Shown here: piece after piece, positions 11,592 to 22,090 of the stretch | Layout: each line of letters opens with the position of its first letter | Numbering within the stretch: position 1 is the first letter of the stretch | Notes under the pieces: model-generated | What the model saw: only the letters and a program-made list of their open reading frames with translations | Told to the model about the DNA's origin: nothing | Database searches by the model: none | Assembly (NCBI RefSeq): GCF_000189555.1 | Contig: NC_017276.1 | Length of the DNA stretch: 64,000 nt | Strand: one strand, 5' to 3' | From: Saccharolobus islandicus REY15A | Lineage (GTDB): Archaea > Thermoproteota > Thermoprotei_A > Sulfolobales > Sulfolobaceae | Made by a program: the position numbers and the translations under genes

Positions 11592-12881
11592 ATGAATGTA
11601 GAGAAAGAGCTTAGAGAAAAGGGTGTAGAAATTTTAAGGTTCACTTGGGTTGGGTTAGATGGATATATTAGATCAAAGGGAGCGTATATTGACCACATAG
11701 ATGGATTATTAAAAACGGGCATAGGCTTAACAATGGCAATGATGAGCTTTACCCCAATGAATTATATAAGTCCCTATGGGACATTTGGACCACAAGATGA
11801 AGATGTATTCCTTACTCCAGACCTTAGCACACTCTCAATTTTTCCACCATCAGCCATGGTATTATGTAATTTGTATAAGCAAGGAAATCCGTGGAATTAT
11901 GATCCTAGAAGTACGCTAATTAAAACAATAGAAAAGGTGAAAGAAAGATACGATTTCGACTTCAAATCAGCCTTCGAAATAGAGTTCTACTTAACAAAGG
12001 ATAGAAAACCATTTGATGAGGCTAGGTGTTTCGATCCTTCTGCATTTTATACTAATCAAATCGTTCCGGAAATTGCCAAAACAGTAAGGCAAATTAACAT
12101 AGAACCAATAAGGATAATAAAGGAATATGGACCAGGACAGTACGAATTTGACATAATGCACAAAGATACGTTGAGAAGTGCCGATGAAGTTATTATATTT
12201 AAGGAAGTCGCTAGACAAGTAGCGAGTAAACATGGTGTTGAGGCAAATTTCATGCCAAAGCCTTTTAATAAAATGGCTGGATCTGGACTACATTTGAACA
12301 TTAGCGTATGGAAAGATAATCGGAATTTGTTCTATAACCAGAACGATAAGTATGGACTTAGTAACTTAGCTTATAACTTCATAGCTGGTTTATTAGAACA
12401 TGCTAAAGCGTTAACTGCAATAGCCGCACCCACTATTAACTCCTATAAGAGACTAGTTCCAGGCTCTTGGGCACCAACTAAAATAGCCTACGGATATAAC
12501 AATAAGTCTGCAATGATAAGAATACCAACACCATATCCCGGAATGTCACAATTAGATAGGAGAATAGAATATAGAGTTTCCGATCCCTCAACAAATCCAT
12601 ATCTTCTCTTAACAGCAGTAATAGAGGCAGGGTTGGATGGAATAGAAAAAGGATTGAAGCCTCCAGAAGCTTTAAATGAAAATGCATATAATAGAAAAGA
12701 TATTGAGGACATACCAAGAAGTCTCAGAGAAGCACTAAATGAACTAAGAAAAGATACCAGATTAGTGGAAAAAATTGGTAAAGAAATTATCGATGAATTC
12801 ATAAAGGTCAAGTTAGCTGAGGTAGAGGAATATGAAAGCCTAGTAACAGATTGGGAATATGAGGTGTATAGGCGATTATAA
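11592..12881 (+). CDS. Glutamine synthetase-like (gamma-glutamyl ligase type) protein
   Basis: FEIEFY, EYGPGQYE, FMPKP, GSGLHLNIS, NSYKRLVPG and RIEYR motifs present. It lacks FDGSS, and the flap reads PGSWAP rather than PGYEAP. Confidence 0.9.
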   Translation: MNVEKELREKGVEILRFTWVGLDGYIRSKGAYIDHIDGLLKTGIGLTMAMMSFTPMNYISPYGTFGPQDEDVFLTPDLSTLSIFPPSAMVLCNLYKQGNPWNYDPRSTLIKTIEKVKERYDFDFKSAFEIEFYLTKDRKPFDEARCFDPSAFYTNQIVPEIAKTVRQINIEPIRIIKEYGPGQYEFDIMHKDTLRSADEVIIFKEVARQVASKHGVEANFMPKPFNKMAGSGLHLNISVWKDNRNLFYNQNDKYGLSNLAYNFIAGLLEHAKALTAIAAPTINSYKRLVPGSWAPTKIAYGYNNKSAMIRIPTPYPGMSQLDRRIEYRVSDPSTNPYLLLTAVIEAGLDGIEKGLKPPEALNENAYNRKDIEDIPRSLREALNELRKDTRLVEKIGKEIIDEFIKVKLAEVEEYESLVTDWEYEVYRRL

Positions 12882-13936
12882 TAGATTCTCATGCCCATTG
12901 GTTCTCTGCTAAGATAATGAGTGAGAAGGAATTTATAATAGCTTCAGCTGAATCTTGGCTTGAAAACGAAATAAGTGCAGATACATTTACAATGAATCAA
13001 TTGAGGCCATTCTATCTATATCTAAGGAATGAACTTAGAAGATTATTAGGTGACAATTTCATAGAAGAAAGAAATAAGTTAATCAAAGACGATCCAGTAA
13101 AGTACATGCAATTCCTATTTAATGACACTGGAATAGAGGGATTTGTAATAGATACTGGATTTGGAAATAAGGAGATGGAAATACCAGCAAAACTAAAGTT
13201 ACTATTTAGAATAGAGAGCATTATTAATGATAGTATTTTCCAAATGCCTTTCGATAAGGCCTTAGAGTACTTTGAGGAAACCTTAAGGGGAAAAATAAGA
13301 AAAGAAGGGTATACTGGTTTTAAGAGTATAATAGCATATAGAACTGGATTAAAAGTGAACTGTGACATAGAACAAGCTAGAAGAGATTTTTACAGTAATG
13401 AGACAGATTGGTTTGGCAAAGTTGTAAAGGGTTTTAGAGATTATCTACTTTGCGAAACCTTAAGAATAGCTAAAGAGTTAAAAGTTCCCGTACAAATTCA
13501 CACCGGGGCTGGAGATAGAGATATTAAGCTAGAACTATCAAGACCTTCATACCTAACTAATGTTGTTAGAAAGTATGAAGGAAAGGTAATTTTCGTGCAC
13601 GCTGGTTATCCTTATCATAGGGAGACATCTTGGATGTCCTACCTCTATCCCTCAGTTTACTTAGACACCTCACAAGTAATACCATTTGCACCTTTAGCAG
13701 CTTATACTATACTAAACGAGATTTTTGAGGTAGCCCCATTAAATAAGGTGATGCACGGTTCTGATGCGTTTCACATTCCAGAAATAGCTTGGCTTGCAGC
13801 TAAGTTAGCTAAAAAAGCTATACATAAAACTACAGAAATGATGATTGAAAAAAATATATTAGATGAAAAAGATGCTAAAGAACTGGTTGAGAGGTTCTTA
13901 TACTATAATTCTAAGGAAATGTATGGGTTTGACTAG
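12878..13936 (+). CDS. Amidohydrolase_2-family metallohydrolase (FluG/NodGS N-domain-like); start probably non-canonical at 12875/12878
   Basis: In-frame I-D-S-H-A-H upstream of the ATG at 12917; QIHTGAGD, VHAGYP and HGSDAF motifs. Confidence 0.85.
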   Translation: MIDSHAHWFSAKIMSEKEFIIASAESWLENEISADTFTMNQLRPFYLYLRNELRRLLGDNFIEERNKLIKDDPVKYMQFLFNDTGIEGFVIDTGFGNKEMEIPAKLKLLFRIESIINDSIFQMPFDKALEYFEETLRGKIRKEGYTGFKSIIAYRTGLKVNCDIEQARRDFYSNETDWFGKVVKGFRDYLLCETLRIAKELKVPVQIHTGAGDRDIKLELSRPSYLTNVVRKYEGKVIFVHAGYPYHRETSWMSYLYPSVYLDTSQVIPFAPLAAYTILNEIFEVAPLNKVMHGSDAFHIPEIAWLAAKLAKKAIHKTTEMMIEKNILDEKDAKELVERFLYYNSKEMYGFD

Positions 13937-15730
13937 AAACATACCATCTACATTAGGAGGATCACTATTGTTAATTGGAATGAATTGGATTTTTTGATAA
14001 ACATAATACCCAATAAAGTTAGTAGTGGAATTCTGTAAACCTTGGGCCGAGAATATCTCCTTATAACCAGCTCCATTAAGCAGTATATAATTAACTAAGC
14101 TCTTAGTAGTTAAAGCGTTATTTGAAATTATCGAGACAAGTACTGCACCACCATAACGATTTATAACTTCTATAATACCACTAAACCCACCAACCGTAGT
14201 AACGTTTTCAGTAGTCTTAATAGTCAAATTTTGGTTGTCAAATATGTTAGTATAATAATAGTATAGTCCTAGGTTTAAAGTGCCATTTTGAGCATATGAT
14301 AAGTTATAAGGTACAACGTGAGGATTAGATATAGGGGAGGCAAATACGGAGAATTGCATAGATATAGGGTAATATACGTTGTAATATAGTGTGGAGTTAT
14401 AAAGTGAGCCCTTCTCAATTGCATATTCCATGAAGTTCTCCCCTAAATATGCCTTTTCGTATAGTTGATTGAATGTTTGATAAGCGTAAAATCTTCCTTC
14501 TTGAACAACATCACAGTATTCAAACCCGTTCTTGAACTGTAAAACTGCAGAGTAGTTAAGTATATACGATCCTCCTTCTTGATAATATTCCCCGACTAGA
14601 CCAGGATTGAAAATTGGTGAAGAATCCATAAATCTACTATAAGCCGTTAGCAATTTAGCTGAAATTAGTGGATTTGACCCATTAACCCATAACATTAATA
14701 CTCCAGCTATATCCCAATCATAAGCTGCAGTACCAGTTAATTGTAAAGCTGTTTCTAGGTTAGTTACCGTAACTGCTATAGCATTATTTGGCGAACTTAT
14801 TGCCAATAGTGGTGTTAGGTCTATAATATAAGGACTATGGAAAGATAAGGTATTTATTGATGTTAATGGCTTCCACCAGAACAAATCTATACCACCAGTG
14901 TATATTGTCTGATAAGGGTTAACAATGCCAACTAGCTTATTATCGTAAAACACTTGAATCTCCCTAGTCGCAGGCTCATTGGCGTACCAGAACTCATCCA
15001 GCCCTCCACCCTCTTCATATAATAGTAAGGTCATTCTATAAGTACCATGGGGTATTGTTAAATTTTGTGATATGTAATCGTTCAATGGATTCAATATTAC
15101 GTAAGAGTAATTGTACTTATTTAGGAATAATGGTATAAAGTAATTAGGTAACCCTTTAGGCGGAGTACCGGGATATAAGTAAAGTGTTACATTCATCTTA
15201 TATATTCCAGTTATACCAATCTTAGCATCATAGAAGTTCTCTAAGACTAATTGGAAAGTAACATTACCACTTAATAGGTTTTCAAACATCGTAAGATCAG
15301 TCTCTGCTGTTGAATTTAGAAACTCTTGAGTTGAGCCCCAGAATATTGGAACATCGTTTGCGAATATGTAAACTGGCCTATCATATTGAGCTCCATTAGA
15401 CTCGTTTATGCTAACGTTTAAAATCAACATGCTATAATTACCCTTCGGTATATTCACATGGACGATATAAGGAGTTAAACCACTATTGTTAAAAACAGCA
15501 TTATTAGCTATTCTTACCACTACTGGAGTAACGTTGGGAGGATGAATCTGATAAGCTTCGAAGGAATAATATGTAGGGTCATACTGTATTTTTCCGCTGT
15601 TTAAGACAGAAACATTCCCTAATACTAGTGGACGTGAGATACTGGAGACAGTCTGTGAGCTGCCTATAGGCACCATAATAATTCCAGCTAAAATTGAAAA
15701 TAATAGAATGAAGGCGATACTCTTCCTCAT
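13898..15730 (-). CDS. Secreted peptide-N4-(N-acetyl-beta-glucosaminyl)asparagine amidase A (PNGase A)-like protein
   Basis: Signal peptide; GAQYDR...WGSTQE, DEFWY, TREIQV and IYTGGI...WKPL motifs of the PNGase A family. Confidence 0.8.
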   Translation of the reverse strand: MRKSIAFILLFSILAGIIMVPIGSSQTVSSISRPLVLGNVSVLNSGKIQYDPTYYSFEAYQIHPPNVTPVVVRIANNAVFNNSGLTPYIVHVNIPKGNYSMLILNVSINESNGAQYDRPVYIFANDVPIFWGSTQEFLNSTAETDLTMFENLLSGNVTFQLVLENFYDAKIGITGIYKMNVTLYLYPGTPPKGLPNYFIPLFLNKYNYSYVILNPLNDYISQNLTIPHGTYRMTLLLYEEGGGLDEFWYANEPATREIQVFYDNKLVGIVNPYQTIYTGGIDLFWWKPLTSINTLSFHSPYIIDLTPLLAISSPNNAIAVTVTNLETALQLTGTAAYDWDIAGVLMLWVNGSNPLISAKLLTAYSRFMDSSPIFNPGLVGEYYQEGGSYILNYSAVLQFKNGFEYCDVVQEGRFYAYQTFNQLYEKAYLGENFMEYAIEKGSLYNSTLYYNVYYPISMQFSVFASPISNPHVVPYNLSYAQNGTLNLGLYYYYTNIFDNQNLTIKTTENVTTVGGFSGIIEVINRYGGAVLVSIISNNALTTKSLVNYILLNGAGYKEIFSAQGLQNSTTNFIGYYVYQKIQFIPINNSDPPNVDGMFLVKPIHFLRIIV

Positions 15731-15736
15731 TCTTTA

Positions 15737-18700
15737 TCACCTCCTTCTCATTAATACTAACAATAGAATAATAGCTATTATTGCTATTATTAAGGAAATT
15801 ATTGCTACTACAGTTAATAAATTCACTGATCCTTGTAGTGTTATAATACGACCTTGTACAGTTACGAGATGATAATTATTTAAAATGTAAAATGTCAAGT
15901 TGTACGGTAATCCATCAGATACGCTTACCGTGAATACGTATTGGCCATCAGAAAATTGAGAAGCATTAAACGGTATACTTAGACTTATTGAGGAAGGTGA
16001 AGATGAAATTACACTATAACTTACTGGCTTATTGTTCATTGAAACTCCTAGAAGTCTTAGGTATTCCCCAGTTATGTTAACAATTATTAATTCTTTAGAT
16101 ACAGTAACATTAGTTGTTGATAAGTAAATTATCTTAGGTGCAGGTATTACAGACAAGTCAGTTACGTTATATATACTAATACCACTTATGCCAATTACTG
16201 AATTTGGTTGTAGAAACGCGTATTTTGAGTTTTGTATTACCGATGAGACTATGGTCACATTGGAATCATTAGCAATTACAGCAATATTATTCCCTCCTAC
16301 TTTAGATCCTATAATTGAGACTGAAGAATTCTCTAACACTAACTGGTTAATACTCGATGACGTTATCATCACATTAGAGTTCTTAACAGTTATCGTATTA
16401 GCTATAACGTTATCTAAAATAATGTTTATTCCCTCAACCGTAATATTATTTGCCTTAACATTAGATAATATATATGTTGTAGAGTTGATTTTTGATAATA
16501 GGGGTGAATCTAGAGATTTACTGCTTAATATAATATTATTGATGAAAGTATAAGGCATAACATTAACGAAGCTAAAGGAAGCTGGAGTAGAATATAAATT
16601 ATAACCATTCCAGGAAACACCAGAAACTATAACATTCCAAGGACCAGCTAAGGAATATACAGAGGACCCTTGGAATATGGAGCCGTAAAATATGGATGGA
16701 ACCTTATAAATACCAACCCATTCTCCCAAAGTAGAATTATACTGTAGTGGTATTCCAGCTTGGAATCCTATGATTAACTGTTCATAATTAAGGGAAGTCG
16801 GTAATACTGTTGCAGTGAACATCCCATACTTAACTGGAGTACCATTAGGATAAGTTATGTTAGCGTAAATCTTCAGAACCTCACCCTCATAGACTACACT
16901 ATTCACCTTTACATTTAATCTCAAGTTAGCTGGGGAAACGTAAAACGATGTGACGAAGTTGGCCTTAACTAATCCAGTAGAAGTATTACTCACAGATTGT
17001 ATTACAACATTATAGAATCCAGGAGAGGCATCGAAAGGTATTGTGAAGTTAGCGTAATAGAGGAAGAAGAGCAAGTAAACGCCGAATTGTATTATATCTG
17101 GAGCTGGAGTAAGTTTAACTTGCCCTATAAGGTTACCATTCTGATTATAAATGTATGCAGTGACGTTAGACGTAAATATGCCAGTAAGTTCTGGCGTAAG
17201 TACTTCGTCAATTATAGTTATGTTTTGTCCAGGAGAAGCAGCTGGAAATCCATCATTTATTGGAGTTAAAATTGCGCCAAAATTATACTCACCAAAATAT
17301 ACATAAGAGAAAGCGCTACCGTATGAATCGTTTATTATTAATAAATAAGTGCCTTGTGGTAATGGAGGAAGTAGGGCGTAACTACCCTCATATAACCCTG
17401 GAGCCATCATCAATAAGGGTATAGAAGCCAATAGCTTACCGCTATTACTAACTAAATATGCCGTAACGCTTTGATTAACGACTGGAGTACCATTAGGATA
17501 GTATATCCAAGCCTCAATGCCAAATGGTGAGTTATATGGAATAGGAAAGTTAAAGGGATAAGGAATGGGAGATACAATATTGATTGATTCACCAATATCA
17601 ACTTCTGCAGTTCCAACTCCAGTAAACTGACCAGAACTACCGTTAACTACTATTTCCCAGATATTTGGCGGATCATTAGGAGTTATAGTATAATTACCAA
17701 CCCAATAAGTACCGTTAAAGGATAAGGGGACTGTTGCCAAATATCCCTCGCTAGTGTATATATAAGCATTAAAACTACCTTGACTAACAATTGTGTTGTT
17801 GGGATAAGTTACGTACGCAGTTATTGTAAAAGTAGAACGATAGAAATACCAAGGTTGAAAAACTCCAAGCTCAAAAGTACTTACAGATATTGCTAAACTC
17901 TTGGATAGTAAATGCTTTATGATAATTCCTAATATACCAGCATTAGGACTTCCTAAACCAGTAACTAGATTGTAAGAGGAATTAGCATAATAATAACCAT
18001 TATACCCTAAACTTATTGGATGGAAGGCCTCATGATACAAAGTAGTATTTTGGTAAATTTCATAAAGTATTGGATTTACCAAACCTAATGGATGGCCAAC
18101 AATTCCATCTATATCAGCAATAATTCCAGCCCACAATGGAGCAGAAAGACTAGTTCCACCAATTACCCCCTCTTGACCTAAAGCATAAATTACAAACCCA
18201 GTAAATGGATTAGCGTCTGCCGCAACATCTGGAATAGCCCTATAATTCGAATGAGTAACATAACGCTGATACCAAGGAGCTGGAAACAACTGACTATATC
18301 CACCCCCAGAACTCACACCACCTTGAATAACACCAAAATACAATGGATTAACACTCCATGCAATCTCAGCACCATAATTCCCTGTAGCATTATAAGTTGA
18401 AATGTAACCGCTAGTAATATTAGCAAATAGGGAAGTACCACCTACAGCTGTAACGAAAGGAGATGATGCAGGATAATTCGCTGAGCCGTAAACGGTTGGT
18501 AAATCATTATAAGCACCTAAATCTCCAGATGACGCTAAAAACGTAATACCCTCAGCCGAACCTAGCTCAAAGTAATAATCATAATAGGGGTAGTTAGGAA
18601 ATGCTATACCATTGAATACGGCATAGAAACCTGAAGCACCAAATAGTATCCCGGGAAGACCCCAGCTCATGGAAACTACTTGTGCTAAATCCTCGCTTAC

Positions 18701-19663
18701 AACAATATCAATTGCTGAAAATAATCCTTCTAAGGTTGCTGATGGCGCAACAACTAATAAAATATTGGAATATGGAGCAGCTGTATGAGCTGCCTCAACA
18801 TCTAACGCAACTTCTTCGAACCAACCAGTAAAGAACCCATTTTCTGGATTATAAGGACCAACTGGTAATACGGTTAAGTTTATTGATGGTAAACCGAACT
18901 TCGCGTCAAACAGATTTACATCTTGATATATCTCTGGGTCGCCATAGGCATCTATTATTGCAATTGTAACCTTTTTATCGGCAGTTGAATTTAGCAGTGG
19001 AGTTATATTGTAAACACCTTGGATAACTTTAGGAGTATACCAAGTTGCTGAGAATTGGAAAGTATAGACAAATGAGGAATAAACTTGTTTACTAGGTATT
19101 AAATTCCCATTTTCCAATTTACCTAACTGAATTAAAGGTAACGATACGTTGGTAAAGTTTGTTAAACCACCTATTAGTACGTTATCAAGAACAGACGGTA
19201 TTTTAACGTTACCACCAGGCTTGTAATATATCTGACCACTAGCCGATTTGGCTACTACAAAATCAGTCCCAAAAACTGATGAAACAAGGGAAACTGGTGC
19301 TTCAGCCATGACTTCGAAGGGACTCCTATATACTATTGTGAAACCCTTACTCTCAAGGTACTCTATAGTCTCGTTAACCTTCTCTTGATTACTAAACATC
19401 GAGATAAGCTGAGTGTTACTTAGTGGCTTAATTTGATGGTTAGCTACTTCTTGTGCTACTAGATAAAGCTCATTAAGATTCTTTGGGGGGATGAAAAAGG
19501 AAAGAATAATGTTAGTATTTGTGGGTAGAGATGAGATAATGTTAGACTGAGGATAGCTAGGGTTTATAAAGGTTGTGGAATAGGCTAAAGATAGTAAGGG
19601 GAATAAAGTGGATATCGATAAAAAAGTAGATATAACTATAACTTGTATTATTCTACTTTCCAT
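15737..19663 (-). CDS. Membrane-anchored S53 (sedolisin/kumamolisin) serine protease with pro-domain and long C-terminal extension
   Basis: EEVALDVE (Glu/Asp), SSGDLG oxyanion Asp and GGTSLSAP Ser; signal peptide; C-terminal TM followed by RRR. Confidence 0.93.
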   Translation of the reverse strand: MESRIIQVIVISTFLSISTLFPLLSLAYSTTFINPSYPQSNIISSLPTNTNIILSFFIPPKNLNELYLVAQEVANHQIKPLSNTQLISMFSNQEKVNETIEYLESKGFTIVYRSPFEVMAEAPVSLVSSVFGTDFVVAKSASGQIYYKPGGNVKIPSVLDNVLIGGLTNFTNVSLPLIQLGKLENGNLIPSKQVYSSFVYTFQFSATWYTPKVIQGVYNITPLLNSTADKKVTIAIIDAYGDPEIYQDVNLFDAKFGLPSINLTVLPVGPYNPENGFFTGWFEEVALDVEAAHTAAPYSNILLVVAPSATLEGLFSAIDIVVSEDLAQVVSMSWGLPGILFGASGFYAVFNGIAFPNYPYYDYYFELGSAEGITFLASSGDLGAYNDLPTVYGSANYPASSPFVTAVGGTSLFANITSGYISTYNATGNYGAEIAWSVNPLYFGVIQGGVSSGGGYSQLFPAPWYQRYVTHSNYRAIPDVAADANPFTGFVIYALGQEGVIGGTSLSAPLWAGIIADIDGIVGHPLGLVNPILYEIYQNTTLYHEAFHPISLGYNGYYYANSSYNLVTGLGSPNAGILGIIIKHLLSKSLAISVSTFELGVFQPWYFYRSTFTITAYVTYPNNTIVSQGSFNAYIYTSEGYLATVPLSFNGTYWVGNYTITPNDPPNIWEIVVNGSSGQFTGVGTAEVDIGESINIVSPIPYPFNFPIPYNSPFGIEAWIYYPNGTPVVNQSVTAYLVSNSGKLLASIPLLMMAPGLYEGSYALLPPLPQGTYLLIINDSYGSAFSYVYFGEYNFGAILTPINDGFPAASPGQNITIIDEVLTPELTGIFTSNVTAYIYNQNGNLIGQVKLTPAPDIIQFGVYLLFFLYYANFTIPFDASPGFYNVVIQSVSNTSTGLVKANFVTSFYVSPANLRLNVKVNSVVYEGEVLKIYANITYPNGTPVKYGMFTATVLPTSLNYEQLIIGFQAGIPLQYNSTLGEWVGIYKVPSIFYGSIFQGSSVYSLAGPWNVIVSGVSWNGYNLYSTPASFSFVNVMPYTFINNIILSSKSLDSPLLSKINSTTYILSNVKANNITVEGINIILDNVIANTITVKNSNVMITSSSINQLVLENSSVSIIGSKVGGNNIAVIANDSNVTIVSSVIQNSKYAFLQPNSVIGISGISIYNVTDLSVIPAPKIIYLSTTNVTVSKELIIVNITGEYLRLLGVSMNNKPVSYSVISSSPSSISLSIPFNASQFSDGQYVFTVSVSDGLPYNLTFYILNNYHLVTVQGRIITLQGSVNLLTVVAIISLIIAIIAIILLLVLMRRR

Positions 19664-19803
19664 ATAATTAATAAACTTTCACACGTATAAAAAGATTACT
19701 TTAAAATCAAATCATCACAAGATTCTTTCATAAAAAAGAGATTATCCTATTAAGTGAAAAATAAAAATAAAAACTTCTCACTTTATATTTAAATCTTATT
19801 CAT

Positions 19804-20004
<201 letters not shown>

Positions 20005-20287
20005 TCAAGTTATTCTTGAAGGTTTCACATAAATAAGCTTTACGCTATTAACAAGAGTACGACTTAAAGGAAATCCTTAGCGCAAACTAAAGTTATTACC
20101 TTAGCCCATAATAAAAATAAAGATGCCTAGAAGGGCAAAAACACATTGCGTCAACATAATATATTTACTTATTGTTTTATACTGATATCATTTATATTAC
20201 CTATAATTAAAACATTAAGTTATAAGAAAAACATTACGTGTCATTTTGTAGAAAAAAATATAAGTCATAAGAAAAACACTTTAGCTA

Positions 20288-20590
20288 GTGAAAACTATGA
20301 CAATGGCTGAAGCACTAAACAAGATCATGAAAAACAGAACAACCACTTTAAAACTATCCTATTACCCCTTCCTGCTGGCAGTAAAGGATAACGTACCAGA
20401 ACTAGACATAATGCTAAAAAGAAAAAGAGAACTAAACTATTACCTAGACAAATTGTATAGTGAAAGCAAAAAATACTTATTAAAATACGCTAAGGATAAA
20501 TACTATTGCGTATGCGGAAGAACATTCCCGTCAGCATATGACTTTTACACTCACGTTTTCAGAGAGCATAAATTAAGTATAAGGAATTAA
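20288..20590 (+). CDS. Small protein with a C-terminal C2H2-like zinc finger
   Basis: [23 protein letters not shown]. Confidence 0.7.
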   Translation: MKTMTMAEALNKIMKNRTTTLKLSYYPFLLAVKDNVPELDIMLKRKRELNYYLDKLYSESKKYLLKYAKDKYYCVCGRTFPSAYDFYTHVFREHKLSIRN

Positions 20591-22086
20591 TCTGGTGGTA
20601 TCTCCTTATACACTAACCTTAAATCTATACCACTCTTCTTCCTATAATAGTATGATGATACAAAAGTAATAACGCCTAATCCTATTAAGCTAACTATATA
20701 GGCTATTCCCGGCCAGTAAGGTGCACCGTTATCAGATATAACACCGAAGTAAGGATTAGTAAAGGCCTCGTATCCCATAAAACCCAAAAACACAATAGAA
20801 AGTAAAGCTGATATTAGCATACCCAAATTTCCCTCACTTAAAGCCTGCCTAATACCAGCTATTGAGACTAAAACTAAGTAGGCAATAGCCAAAGGAGTAT
20901 AACTGTATAAGGCCTCGTATCCGTTAGGACTTATTATTGGTACTGCTAAGAACACTAAAGTTACCGCAAAGTCTAGGAGATGAGCATAAGCTGGAGAGCC
21001 TTGCCTATTTAACCTTGAAAACACCTCTGGGAATAACCTATCAAAGGAGAATGCAAATACGTACCTAGCGAAAACAACAACACCGAAAGCCATGACAAAA
21101 AACTCCCAAGCTATCAAACTAATCCCTATAAACCACTCTAAAGCGTAGCTATGAGATAAAGCAATAGCTACAGTCCAGAAGTTATAAGTACTTGATAAAT
21201 ATAAAGAGTAATTAAACCCATATCCTGCATCAATATCCATTAGCAGGAATGGGACAGTTATAAAGATAAGCGTTAACAAACTACCTAAAATTAAATTGTA
21301 TCTTATCCCGCTCGTATTCTTTATCTCAGAAGCGACAGCTGGCCCTGCATATAACCAAATGTAAGCAAATGATGCAAAGTAAGGAATCATATAAAACGTT
21401 GAAGACAAACTAAATGTTGGTCCCTTATAGGGTTGAACAGTTAAATTAAAGTCCTTTAGAAAAGGCTGAATTGCAGTATGAAAATCTGAAACGTTAAGTG
21501 CTAATACAAGAATTGCAACTAGAGTACCTAAAAGCGAAAGCATCCCTAGTGCTGACGTTAAAGTATAACCCCATCTTGGTCTGAGGATGTTAATAAGAAT
21601 TATTATCAGAAATGCAAGCGCTGCTAAACTATAGGCTAGAATAGCATTACTAGTTGTAAACACATTATTAGCTAGATTAACCAGATAGGGCTGGGAATTC
21701 AAAGTACCAATAATTAACAATACAATATTTATTGCTGAAACAGAAAAGAATGCTGATAGTGCAAAAAACGGAGGCATATTAAAAGCTAATGCAACACCCA
21801 TTATAGCACCTAAAGGACCATTAAGCTTTCTAGATAGCCAAATATAATCACCTCCAGTCCTAGGAATTCTAGAAATAAAGTAAGTATAAAGAAATACAAG
21901 GGGTAAAGTGAATAGGAAAGTGAGCAATGAAGCTATCCATAATACCGCACCCTTGACTATGTAAGGACTTATCCCGATAAAAATTGCTAACCCAGCACCC
22001 ATATTAGCTACATTTAACATTGTTGCATCCAGCAAAGAGACGTTTTTGGTAAGACCAGAAGTTTCCCTAACAAACAGCTTAGCCAT
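20587..22086 (-). CDS. APC-family amino acid permease
   Basis: [10 protein letters not shown]-terminus, [12 protein letters not shown] and [13 protein letters not shown] motifs; about 12 TMs. Confidence 0.9.
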   Translation of the reverse strand: MAKLFVRETSGLTKNVSLLDATMLNVANMGAGLAIFIGISPYIVKGAVLWIASLLTFLFTLPLVFLYTYFISRIPRTGGDYIWLSRKLNGPLGAIMGVALAFNMPPFFALSAFFSVSAINIVLLIIGTLNSQPYLVNLANNVFTTSNAILAYSLAALAFLIIILINILRPRWGYTLTSALGMLSLLGTLVAILVLALNVSDFHTAIQPFLKDFNLTVQPYKGPTFSLSSTFYMIPYFASFAYIWLYAGPAVASEIKNTSGIRYNLILGSLLTLIFITVPFLLMDIDAGYGFNYSLYLSSTYNFWTVAIALSHSYALEWFIGISLIAWEFFVMAFGVVVFARYVFAFSFDRLFPEVFSRLNRQGSPAYAHLLDFAVTLVFLAVPIISPNGYEALYSYTPLAIAYLVLVSIAGIRQALSEGNLGMLISALLSIVFLGFMGYEAFTNPYFGVISDNGAPYWPGIAYIVSLIGLGVITFVSSYYYRKKSGIDLRLVYKEIPPD

Positions 22087-22090
22087 AATC

